From the sequence record OP589283.1: a stretch of DNA of 64,000 nt, one strand, 5' to 3'. Of this stretch, positions 29,266 to 37,713 are shown in pieces; the first letter of the stretch is position 1, and each line of letters opens with the position of its first letter. The notes beneath the pieces are model-generated. The model saw only the letters and a program-made list of their open reading frames with translations, was not told where the DNA came from and searched no databases. Made by a program: the position numbers and the translations under genes.

Positions 29266-29901
29266 ATGTCAGAAAAACTTAACCCCATGGAGTTGTTTCT
29301 TGACAAGTTTAAAAGTGTTAACTACGAGAAGTTTGCAGGTAACGACTACGTAATCAGACAGTTGGACGCAACGGAAATTGACACAGTGGTATTCTCCAAG
29401 ATTACCCAGACGTTGATAGAAGATGAAGGTCAACGATTACGTCGTTCTACCAACATTAACACGCCGGGTTTCTTAATTGCGTATAACCAACGCTGGACCA
29501 CCGCCTTCTTTATTTCTCCTGAAGCAAGTACGTTAGGAGCAATGCCCCCTATTCATGTTGATGACGTGAAGTTGGATGAAGGTGCCTCCGTGTTTACGTA
29601 TTACGAGACCCCACCCAACATTGATGATTTACCTGCGGGTACTGAAACAGTGCAAGTGCGTGTGCGGTTAGGTGCGACTATCCCAGATAGCGTACCTGAC
29701 AAACTTCAATTCCTTTTCGAGATGCTCTATCCTTACGCTAAGTATGAGTTTGGAAAACAGCATCTTTCGTATGTAGGTAACAATATTTACTTGTTAGATA
29801 CTCCCACTATTTACGAATACATTCGTGTGTTCCAATTTAGTATCTCTCCGAACTATCTAACCATTCCACCCACTTTCTACGGGAAAATGCAAAATGGCTA
29901 A
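29266..29901 (+). CDS. Putative virion structural protein
   Basis: In the same operon as the structural array; N-terminus MELFLDKFKSVN resembles the N-termini of ORFs 23728 and 29894. Confidence 0.6.
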   Translation: MSEKLNPMELFLDKFKSVNYEKFAGNDYVIRQLDATEIDTVVFSKITQTLIEDEGQRLRRSTNINTPGFLIAYNQRWTTAFFISPEASTLGAMPPIHVDDVKLDEGASVFTYYETPPNIDDLPAGTETVQVRVRLGATIPDSVPDKLQFLFEMLYPYAKYEFGKQHLSYVGNNIYLLDTPTIYEYIRVFQFSISPNYLTIPPTFYGKMQNG

Positions 29902-30547
29902 AACCAATCCAAGAGTGTTATTCTTCCAAGCGTTCAAGGCGTTTAACCAACAGCGTTACGCTGGTAGCCGTGTAGATAAACCTCGTTTCCAAGGTCTACA
30001 GATGTCTGAGTTAGTATTCGGTAACTTAAAACGTACACCTGAAACCCAAACCGTGGTGATTGATACTATCACCTCTGCCTCTCGTCGTTTCAATGCGGTT
30101 AACCAATCGTTCATTCGTTGTCAGTTGAGCGATGCAGGTATTGCGGCAATTAAGTCTACCGGTTACCCATACGAAGACATCACCACCATGAAAGCACTGG
30201 CTGAAGCTGGCTTGAATGCTTACATGAACCCAGCGCAAGATGCGGTGTTAATCGCAGTAGTGTTCCCAGAGTCAGTTGCTGATGACCCTGCGGAAATCAC
30301 TCAAGTTGTTGAAACCACCATCATTGATGCGTGTAACTACGAGATTAAACCAGAAGAAATCACTGTGAGTGCTACCGAAGACCCTAAACTTTGGACAGTG
30401 TCAGTAGACAGTGAAATCATCTACGCTGAATTGATTGCAGTGCGTTCTGAAATGCCAGTGCTTGATATTCCGGCAACTGACTACGGTCATCTGTCTACTC
30501 CAATTCAAGTACCTAATCCGTACCCACCAGTACAAGGTCCTCAGTAA
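29894..30547 (+). CDS. Putative virion structural protein
   Basis: Overlaps the previous stop; N-terminus PRVLFFQAFKAFNQQRY. Confidence 0.6.
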   Translation: MAKTNPRVLFFQAFKAFNQQRYAGSRVDKPRFQGLQMSELVFGNLKRTPETQTVVIDTITSASRRFNAVNQSFIRCQLSDAGIAAIKSTGYPYEDITTMKALAEAGLNAYMNPAQDAVLIAVVFPESVADDPAEITQVVETTIIDACNYEIKPEEITVSATEDPKLWTVSVDSEIIYAELIAVRSEMPVLDIPATDYGHLSTPIQVPNPYPPVQGPQ

Positions 30548-30561
30548 TCATTAAATAAGAT

Positions 30562-30599
30562 ATAACCTACCTATCCCTTAATTGGGATAGGTAGGTTAT
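30562..30599. terminator. Bidirectional terminator hairpin
   Basis: ataacctacctatccc-ttaatt-gggataggtaggttat between convergent genes. Confidence 0.8.
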
Positions 30600-30607
30600 T
30601 CATATAG

Positions 30608-33600
30608 TTACATAAATACATCAAAAGGAGTGCGACAACTACTTACAGGAAGAGTATCAGGCTCTAAACTGAGTTCATACAGTTCATTACCTGTCACATC
30701 ATTAAACACGTTACCGAGTTCATGTCCTGCAATGTCTAACATCATTTCTGCTACTTGGTCTCGACTCCACTGAAGGATGTCCAGTGTAGTAGTACTAATG
30801 TTAGGTTGGTCTCCAGTGTCTAATCGCAAACACCAGAAGAAGGTAGGACTGTCTTGGCCTTTACGGTGAATACGTGCTTTAGTTTGAATCACTTCATAAT
30901 CCCTATACGGGACATCAATCATAATCAGTTGGTTAGCCATTGTAAGTGGATAGCCTTCCTTTAGACTTTTGTATGTCGTGATTAACGGGTTGGTATTAGG
31001 GTCATTTTCGAACCGTTTAATCTCGCTGTCTGTATTTCCTAGATTCTTACCCGTAATAGTAACTGGCTTAAATCCATTAGCAAGAAAGTATTCTTCAGCT
31101 GCTTCTACCGCTTCCACATACGTACTGAAAAACAACGTTTTCTTTTCGACATGGTTAACTAGCTCAATTAATCCAGCGTGCTCGATAATCGCTTTAGCGC
31201 ATTCTCTTCGAGCTGCACCAAATACGTTACCAATTACTTCCCCTTGAATTTTCAAACTCACGTATTTTACCGCGGAACAATTAGAACGAAACTCTAACCG
31301 TTCTCTACCTGCTAATACACCTTCTATTTTTTCTTCAACACTTTTACAGAATTTACTTTTATCTCCATCTGTAAAGGTATTGAATCCTCGCTTATTGAAG
31401 TCATGAACATAACGCTTGTACAATTCAAGTTCTTGTAATGCAGTTGCATCACGTTTAATCTTTTCTTCGTACTTATCAACACACGCAAGATACTGCGAAC
31501 GAATAGAAGGAAGGTTAGCTTGATAGAAAGCATAGCGTTCCCGGATGTAGTTCAGCATTCTTAAACGGATGTTTTCAATAGTGAATTGTTCGGCTCCTTT
31601 AAAGCTGACATTAATCACTTCGGTATCGGGTGCTTCATCCATTCCGTCGATTGCCGCAATTGTAAACTTGTTACGTCCAATCCGACGAGCAAACAGTTCA
31701 TTTAAACGCTCTCTACCGCGTCCATACGCATCTTTAAACCGATCCCTAGCCAACCCTACGAACAACGGGTCTGTTAGGCTAAAAATAGCGTAGGATTCTT
31801 TACTGCACGCTTTCAATGGAGTACCACTCATAGGGAGAGTATGGCTAAAGTATCCTTTGTCAGATAACTCAATGATCATTTGGGTGCGGTTAGAAGTGGG
31901 TTCGTTGAAATTATGACATTCGTCTATAATTAATTTAAACTGATTACCTGATTTCTTATAGAACATCATGAACCGTTCGAATTCTTCAAACCCTTTGTTG
32001 GTTAAAAAATCATAATGCAAAATAAAGAATTCAACCGATGTATCTAGTGATAATCCACTCATACTTGTCCAGTAAGGTGGTACTACTCTAAACTCTTTAT
32101 CCAACGTTTCTTTCCATACTTTATCAACCAATTTAGGGGGACAAAGAATAATCGTTTTTGTGTTGTTCCCATTTAACATACGGGACCACATTAATGACAA
32201 AATCGTATTATGTGTCACAATAAAGTCATCAGTGATGTACAAATGACTTGGGTGGTCAACAGAAATACACTGAGTTAACTCATTAGCACGTTTTTCAATA
32301 TTGATTATCTCTAATTTGAGATTATCAGAATACTGAGTTTGTGTGGCTCTCTCGCGCTTATGAGTTAACGTAAACAACTCCTCAGGTCGAGGATACCGAA
32401 TGGACAATCGATAATCTGTTCTTCCTGATTTCTTTTCTCCTTTGTAAGAGTAATGTGGGATTCTGGTAGATAACAGTGCTATACCTCCTAAACTCCGCAC
32501 TAGATACTGCACACCTAAAGCAAGTTGTTTAGAACTGCTTGAGAAACTAATTGTTTTATTGGTGCCCGATGTACCATCAGTATCCAAAAGACCTTGCAAC
32601 AACTCCAATCGCTGTTGTTTGTTTGAATTTAAAAGATAGTCTACGGGAATAACTTTTTCCCAAGAACGTTTACCCATTAAATCCATTTCCCTTAAATCTT
32701 TTGTTATGTGAGAATCTACTGCTTTCTTTGTTCTTGGTGTGTTTAATGTAATGTTGAAAGTTACATCGTCCACCCATTTACAAGAAAGATGGGGCGGCAA
32801 CAATTTCTGCACCTTATCAAACAACTCTTGATAAGGTTTAGATATGTACGGAGTTGAGCCAGAAAGACTACCGTCACCCAACAATACACCCATTAAATAA
32901 GGATGGATTTTGAATTCTTTGGCTGGTCCATCCTCGGGCTCACACAAAGGGATATATATACGTTCATTTTTATTTTTCTTTAGTCTTTGCATTATGTAAC
33001 GTAAAGACTTGGTGTGCCATCTTTCACCCCACGGCTTACCCTTTACCGCATCTTTATTTTTTTCGTAGATGTCCCAAAGATGGTCTGGGTTACAATCTGT
33101 GTGACGCCCATCTTTGAAATGCACACGATAGACTTCGGTAATGCCCTGCGGGAATACCCCTGTGACTTTGGTATGAGAACCGTCTTTTGCAATAACGGTA
33201 TCTCCTACCTTGATATCCCCCATTTTCTTCCACCCATTAGGGACTTTAAGTAAAGAAGATAATGTCTGAGCTTTCCCTGAGCCTGCTTTACCATCTAATA
33301 ACAACCCTTTTAACTTGTAATTCTTAGTGATTGTTAGGTAACTATCAAGAAATTCTTTTTGTGTGGGAAAGGGTGTTTTTATAAATTCAGCTAAATAACT
33401 TTGTAATGCTTGATAAGGAACTGGATTAATCGTATTTTTAATCCATGTCTCGCTCTCCAGTAAATCTTTTAACTCAATTAGCTGTTTGCGTTTTGTCGCT
33501 GTTCTGCGGACTGTTAGTAATCTGGATACAATGTGGTGAAGTTCTAATAAAAAGAATTCACGAGTACGGATAACACTACCGCTTCGTAAAAACATGTACT

Positions 33601-33727
33601 TACCAATCACCGAGGTATTATAAAGACGCCCGATGTCGTATTCAAGTTTACGGGCATCGATACCTTTAATTTCCACTCCACCCATTTCGTTGATTGTTAT
33701 TCTCACAGAGAAGAAATCAAATAACAT
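30608..33727 (-). CDS. SF2 (SNF2-like) DNA helicase containing an intein
   Basis: Walker A GKAGSGK|T split by the intein; IIDECHNF (DExH), MSGTP, TYKSLKEGYPL, motif VI QTKARIHRKGQ. Confidence 0.9.
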   Translation of the reverse strand: MLFDFFSVRITINEMGGVEIKGIDARKLEYDIGRLYNTSVIGKYMFLRSGSVIRTREFFLLELHHIVSRLLTVRRTATKRKQLIELKDLLESETWIKNTINPVPYQALQSYLAEFIKTPFPTQKEFLDSYLTITKNYKLKGLLLDGKAGSGKAQTLSSLLKVPNGWKKMGDIKVGDTVIAKDGSHTKVTGVFPQGITEVYRVHFKDGRHTDCNPDHLWDIYEKNKDAVKGKPWGERWHTKSLRYIMQRLKKNKNERIYIPLCEPEDGPAKEFKIHPYLMGVLLGDGSLSGSTPYISKPYQELFDKVQKLLPPHLSCKWVDDVTFNITLNTPRTKKAVDSHITKDLREMDLMGKRSWEKVIPVDYLLNSNKQQRLELLQGLLDTDGTSGTNKTISFSSSSKQLALGVQYLVRSLGGIALLSTRIPHYSYKGEKKSGRTDYRLSIRYPRPEELFTLTHKRERATQTQYSDNLKLEIINIEKRANELTQCISVDHPSHLYITDDFIVTHNTILSLMWSRMLNGNNTKTIILCPPKLVDKVWKETLDKEFRVVPPYWTSMSGLSLDTSVEFFILHYDFLTNKGFEEFERFMMFYKKSGNQFKLIIDECHNFNEPTSNRTQMIIELSDKGYFSHTLPMSGTPLKACSKESYAIFSLTDPLFVGLARDRFKDAYGRGRERLNELFARRIGRNKFTIAAIDGMDEAPDTEVINVSFKGAEQFTIENIRLRMLNYIRERYAFYQANLPSIRSQYLACVDKYEEKIKRDATALQELELYKRYVHDFNKRGFNTFTDGDKSKFCKSVEEKIEGVLAGRERLEFRSNCSAVKYVSLKIQGEVIGNVFGAARRECAKAIIEHAGLIELVNHVEKKTLFFSTYVEAVEAAEEYFLANGFKPVTITGKNLGNTDSEIKRFENDPNTNPLITTYKSLKEGYPLTMANQLIMIDVPYRDYEVIQTKARIHRKGQDSPTFFWCLRLDTGDQPNISTTTLDILQWSRDQVAEMMLDIAGHELGNVFNDVTGNELYELSLEPDTLPVSSCRTPFDVFM
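32207..33271 (-). mobile_element. Class 3 intein (355 aa) with LAGLIDADG homing endonuclease
   Basis: Starts AQTLSSLLKVPNGWKKMGDIKVGD and ends FIVTHN/T. Block B DHLW, block F TQCISV and block G VTHN give the W-C-T triplet. LAGLIDADG blocks are MGVLLGDGS and LQGLLDTDG. Confidence 0.88.
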
Positions 33728-33759
33728 AAGAATCTACCCATATTAAATTATTGAAAACC

Positions 33760-33767
33760 TATATCAT
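33760..33767 (+). promoter_or_regulatory. Early promoter-like motif TATATCAT
   Basis: aacctatatcat, the same aacc flank as the TATATTAC copy at 46965; about 40 nt upstream of ORF 33806. Confidence 0.4.
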
Positions 33768-33805
33768 TTATTGGATAATGTTACTTAATTAGGATAAGAA
33801 ACAAT

Positions 33806-34021
33806 ATGAAATTATTCTTACTAATTTACATCTTTATGTCTTTTATGTTCACACCCTATAACAGCGTAACCTATTACGGTTTTGAAACAGTAGGGTATGA
33901 CCCTTCGCTTTGGTGTACATGGGTTCACCCTGACCACGAAACCCGTGTATTAAAAAGTTCTAAAGCATCTGCGATGACTAAAAAATTAATTGGTCGTCCA
34001 AGTGATTATGGCAATTGTTAA
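33806..34021 (+). CDS. Small protein with signal peptide/TM N-terminus
   Basis: RBS agga; MKLFLLIYIFMSFMF hydrophobic N-terminus. Confidence 0.5.
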   Translation: MKLFLLIYIFMSFMFTPYNSVTYYGFETVGYDPSLWCTWVHPDHETRVLKSSKASAMTKKLIGRPSDYGNC

Positions 34022-34076
34022 TTACCCCCCCCCTCTAATTATTTACATCAACATTTCTTAATAAAAGGAAAATCCC

Positions 34077-34811
34077 ATGATTCGTATGATTCTTGCAATT
34101 AACAACGAGTGTTTTATCGGTAAAGACAACAAACTTATGTATCGTTTAAAAGGCGATATGTTAAACTTTAAAACCATGACCCAAGGCGGGATTGTGGTTA
34201 TGGGTCGTAAGACATTCCAAAGTTTAAAGGGTGCTTTACCCAATCGTACTAACTATGTCATCACCAGTGACCCAACAAGCATTAATCACCCATCGGAACT
34301 CATCTTGACTCCGGAACAATTCAAAGAAGAGTTTCTCCCACACCATAAAGTAAGTAATGATAATGTGTGGATTATTGGCGGTGCTCAAGTGTATGAAACT
34401 GCCACTCCTTTCACTAGCGAAATCATCTGTACATTTGTGGATGATGACGAAGTAGGTGATGTAGCGCTAAAACCTAAACTCTTTGGCGGGTTTACTCATT
34501 TGGCGACATTAAAGTCTGTTGATGTGGATGAAGACAACGATAAACCTTATGAAATCACCCAGTTAGTGAGACATGAGGATTTAGAACATAAACTTCGTGA
34601 ACTTCAGGCTCAACAACATGAGATGGAGAAAGAACAGACTCAGAATAATCTTAGCACTCCGTTAGAAAATGGCGGGTTAAGACAAGGTGAAGCTTTTGTT
34701 ATAGCTGCGACTACTTCGGCTGCGCTATCACAAATCGATACCGAATCCAGAGAAGACTCCAGTGATTCTGATTCAAGTTCATCTGATTCAAGTTCTCCAT
34801 CATCTGACTGA
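34077..34811 (+). CDS. folA: Dihydrofolate reductase with a C-terminal low-complexity extension
   Basis: ILAINNECFIG, RLKGDMLNFK (catalytic Asp), VVMGRKTFQSL, LPNRTNYVITS, WIIGGAQVY. Confidence 0.93.
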   Translation: MIRMILAINNECFIGKDNKLMYRLKGDMLNFKTMTQGGIVVMGRKTFQSLKGALPNRTNYVITSDPTSINHPSELILTPEQFKEEFLPHHKVSNDNVWIIGGAQVYETATPFTSEIICTFVDDDEVGDVALKPKLFGGFTHLATLKSVDVDEDNDKPYEITQLVRHEDLEHKLRELQAQQHEMEKEQTQNNLSTPLENGGLRQGEAFVIAATTSAALSQIDTESREDSSDSDSSSSDSSSPSSD

Positions 34812-34868
34812 TTTATCCTCCAATGAATTTTAAGAGGGCTACCTTCTAACTATTCATTGGAGTTTACT

Positions 34869-35390
34869 ATGTCAGTAACCGCGATTGTGGTAATGAACCA
34901 CGAAAACAAATTAACAACCACGCAAAACCCACTTCTACGTGTTAAAGAAGTAGAAGAGATGTTGACGAAGTATGCAAAAGACGCCGTTGTATTTATTGAC
35001 GAACGTCAGTTTGATTTACGTCGTGCGCTTTCAGACGGCGCCCGTGAATTATTTGCCGTAGTAGGTGAACAAAATAAACCCATTGTTGGGGTTGAAAACA
35101 TTTTACCTAAGTCAGCAGAGTTGTTAATTAAACATTACTACAAAGCAAAAACAAGCGATGTTGTGCTTTTTATTTCTGCTTCTCAACTTGACAGAGTGAA
35201 AACTCACTTAGATCAAGTCGTGCTGGTTACTATTAATAACCCCAGTCGAGAATTAGAAACTATCAGTAAAGGGTTTACTGATGACCTTAAGTCTCGTGTG
35301 AACCGTAAAAAACTGTCCATGACGGAATGGTCTATCGCTCAATCAACAGAAGAGCATAAACGTCGTTACTCTGTTAAAATCTATTCATAG
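34869..35390 (+). CDS. Degenerate DHFR-fold paralog
   Basis: Aligns by eye end-to-end with DHFR (VTAIVVMN~IRMILAIN; VVFIDERQF~VVMGRKTF; VLFISASQL~WIIGGAQV; LDQVVLVTIN~TSEIICTFVD) but lacks the catalytic and NADPH-binding motifs. Confidence 0.55.
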   Translation: MSVTAIVVMNHENKLTTTQNPLLRVKEVEEMLTKYAKDAVVFIDERQFDLRRALSDGARELFAVVGEQNKPIVGVENILPKSAELLIKHYYKAKTSDVVLFISASQLDRVKTHLDQVVLVTINNPSRELETISKGFTDDLKSRVNRKKLSMTEWSIAQSTEEHKRRYSVKIYS

Positions 35391-35397
35391 TAAATAA

Positions 35398-35434
35398 AAA
35401 CGACTAAGCGGATGTAATGTCCGCTTAGTCGTTT
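35398..35434 (+). terminator. Intrinsic terminator hairpin
   Basis: aaacgactaagcgga-tgtaatg-tccgcttagtcgttt. Confidence 0.8.
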
Positions 35435-35450
35435 ATTATAAGGAAACATT

Positions 35451-36941
35451 ATGTACTTGCGTGAACCTCAATTTCATTTAAAGAATTCCAAACTCGCTGA
35501 AGTGTTTAACACCATTTTCAACGACCTTATTGTCGGGAGACAAGATGTTGAAACATTGGAAACAGAATTGTATTCATATGACATTTATGTTAAGAATACC
35601 ATTTTAACCGTGTTTATTTTCCGTGCTGAAATCGTTTCTCTCTTGGGTGAAAAAGACGTAGAAGTATTAGGTTTCTGTTACCCACGAGAGTTGGAGCAAA
35701 AGATTATTGACGTGTCTGTCAATAAAAACTATCAGACGGTGTTTAAAGTACCTAACGGGATTAAAGACCTAGAAACTGTTGAGGTTCGTAACCTTCGTTT
35801 ACAATCCCCCGGGTTCTCAGAGTTGTATAGTCGTTTCTTTATTAACCCGCATTACTACATTTTAAATGCGTATCCTGTACACTGCGATCCAAAACTTACT
35901 TTTGTTGAGCCTGCACCACTAACGCCTGAACAAGAAGTTGAAGCAGCAGCGTATGACCGTTTTTGTTTACACGATTTGCCTAAGTTTGAAAAGGCAAAGA
36001 CTTCATTGATTAAAGAAATGGGTGTCGCCTTTAGTCGTATTCCTGAAATGTATGGGCGTTTCCGATTAAAGCGGAAAGATCCACCAACAGACCTGGTTGC
36101 AACTTGTGGTGCTAAGCCTAATTTCAATGCTGATGATTACGAAGAACGTAAAGTCGACCATGACTTGTACTTTACATTCCTAGGTGAAAAGATTGAAGAG
36201 GTAACGCCTAATCCTTTCACTGGTTATTATGATGTATTGAAACCGGCCTTTATTGCTATACCGCACTATATGGAAGAAACTGGAACCCGAGTTGTAACAC
36301 CAGTACCTTTTGATAAAGTGGGTGTATCACCAAAGTCTATGCAGACTTATGTTGAAAAAGAATCTGATGAAGAAGATTTGCTGCTTATTGAAGAAGAAGA
36401 TAAAGACAGCTTATTGTTTGTCGATATAGACTTGTTTGAAGTCATGGACCGCATTCAAACTGCGTTTGACCATGTCAATCAAATGATCACTACCTTTATC
36501 AAGAAATGGGGTTATCACCCTGAGTTGGTTTCAAAGACATTTGAAACCATTAACATGTTCTCTTATGTAGCAAGTCAAAAACAAGACTTGTTATATTCTT
36601 TCAATAGCACCGAAATCTTGGAAGCTCACCTAAACAAAGTGTTAGGTCGAATTGACGAGATGAAAGCTGAACAGGGTGTCCCTGATGCGGAATGGGGATT
36701 AGATTGCGATAGCTGGGTATTATGGGATTACACAAATCCAGACAATCCAGTAAAAGTCCCTGAATGGCATTTAGGTGAAGAGTTGGTAGACCACTATTCT
36801 GAACGTTATGTGGAATACTTCTCTGGGTACTCAAAAAGTACACCTCATAAAAGCTTACGTCCCTATGTCACCACCACTGTAGTGCCGGAAGAGAAAATTG
36901 CTGAACATGCAATCGGTAGTGTTCGTCATACGTTCAATTAA
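35451..36941 (+). CDS. Hypothetical protein (496 aa)
   Basis: Long ORF with RBS aagga; no motif recognised. Confidence 0.75.
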   Translation: MYLREPQFHLKNSKLAEVFNTIFNDLIVGRQDVETLETELYSYDIYVKNTILTVFIFRAEIVSLLGEKDVEVLGFCYPRELEQKIIDVSVNKNYQTVFKVPNGIKDLETVEVRNLRLQSPGFSELYSRFFINPHYYILNAYPVHCDPKLTFVEPAPLTPEQEVEAAAYDRFCLHDLPKFEKAKTSLIKEMGVAFSRIPEMYGRFRLKRKDPPTDLVATCGAKPNFNADDYEERKVDHDLYFTFLGEKIEEVTPNPFTGYYDVLKPAFIAIPHYMEETGTRVVTPVPFDKVGVSPKSMQTYVEKESDEEDLLLIEEEDKDSLLFVDIDLFEVMDRIQTAFDHVNQMITTFIKKWGYHPELVSKTFETINMFSYVASQKQDLLYSFNSTEILEAHLNKVLGRIDEMKAEQGVPDAEWGLDCDSWVLWDYTNPDNPVKVPEWHLGEELVDHYSERYVEYFSGYSKSTPHKSLRPYVTTTVVPEEKIAEHAIGSVRHTFN

Positions 36942-36960
36942 ATAACGTATTTATAACCAT

Positions 36961-36996
36961 ATTAACCAGTAGCGGGATTTCCCGCTACTGGTTAAT
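36961..36996. terminator. Bidirectional terminator hairpin
   Basis: attaaccagtagcggg-attt-cccgctactggttaat. Confidence 0.8.
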
Positions 36997-37012
36997 TTAT
37001 TATTGTTATTTT

Positions 37013-37645
37013 TTATGGCGTTGGATTTGCTATCTTTTGTTCTAATACTTTAATGTACGCTTCTTGTTTGGCTACTTTCTCTTGTAATTCCCGAATGACT
37101 TTGACGTTAGTTTTGGCAGCCGTAATAGCGTTCTTGCGTGTATTCTCAAATACCTTTGCTTGACCTGCACTAATATATGCAGCAGTAGGGACCACACCAA
37201 TATGAACAGTATTATTAACACCTACTCGTGCTAATACCAAATCTTGGATTTCTTGTTGTGTTTCTGCTAGTACGTTACGCAACTGAGGTGGGACCACCCC
37301 TAAGTCTACAATCATCGCCATATGCTCGTAACGAGTACCGTCTGCACTGGGAAAGCTTTCTAAATAAGAGCTGGGTAAATAGACATCTTTCTTACCTACT
37401 GCGGTAAGTACGATAACCACGCCCGCAGAATTATCCAATTCTGTTAGTACTGCTTCCGCATCTTCTTCTGTCATTTCAACAGGAACAAACACAGTTTGAT
37501 ATAGATTAACGTTAGCGCCACGTAATTCATCAACGGTGCGTAAAGCTTCAACGGTAAAACAAACTTCAGGGTCTACTACTTTGTCAAAGGGGGGCTTGGC
37601 TTTAAAACTCCCTTCTACATACATTCCGGGTATCATGTTACTCAT
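37013..37645 (-). CDS. Putative virion structural protein
   Basis: 210-aa ORF with a C-terminal coiled coil; position typical of phiKZ-like structural genes near RNase H/UvsX. Confidence 0.55.
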   Translation of the reverse strand: MSNMIPGMYVEGSFKAKPPFDKVVDPEVCFTVEALRTVDELRGANVNLYQTVFVPVEMTEEDAEAVLTELDNSAGVVIVLTAVGKKDVYLPSSYLESFPSADGTRYEHMAMIVDLGVVPPQLRNVLAETQQEIQDLVLARVGVNNTVHIGVVPTAAYISAGQAKVFENTRKNAITAAKTNVKVIRELQEKVAKQEAYIKVLEQKIANPTP

Positions 37646-37680
37646 TGTCTTTTCTCACGTTTGAAATCACTATATGATTT

Positions 37681-37710
37681 AAAGGCTACCGCATCATTGC
37701 GGTAGCCTTT
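37681..37710. terminator. Terminator hairpin
   Basis: aaaggctaccgca-tcat-tgcggtagccttt. Confidence 0.75.
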
Positions 37711-37713
37711 ATG

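Noticed and set aside
23728-30547. Apparent higher GC in the structural array as evidence of horizontal transfer
   Set aside because: Only a visual impression that I could not quantify; codon bias of highly expressed structural genes explains it equally well
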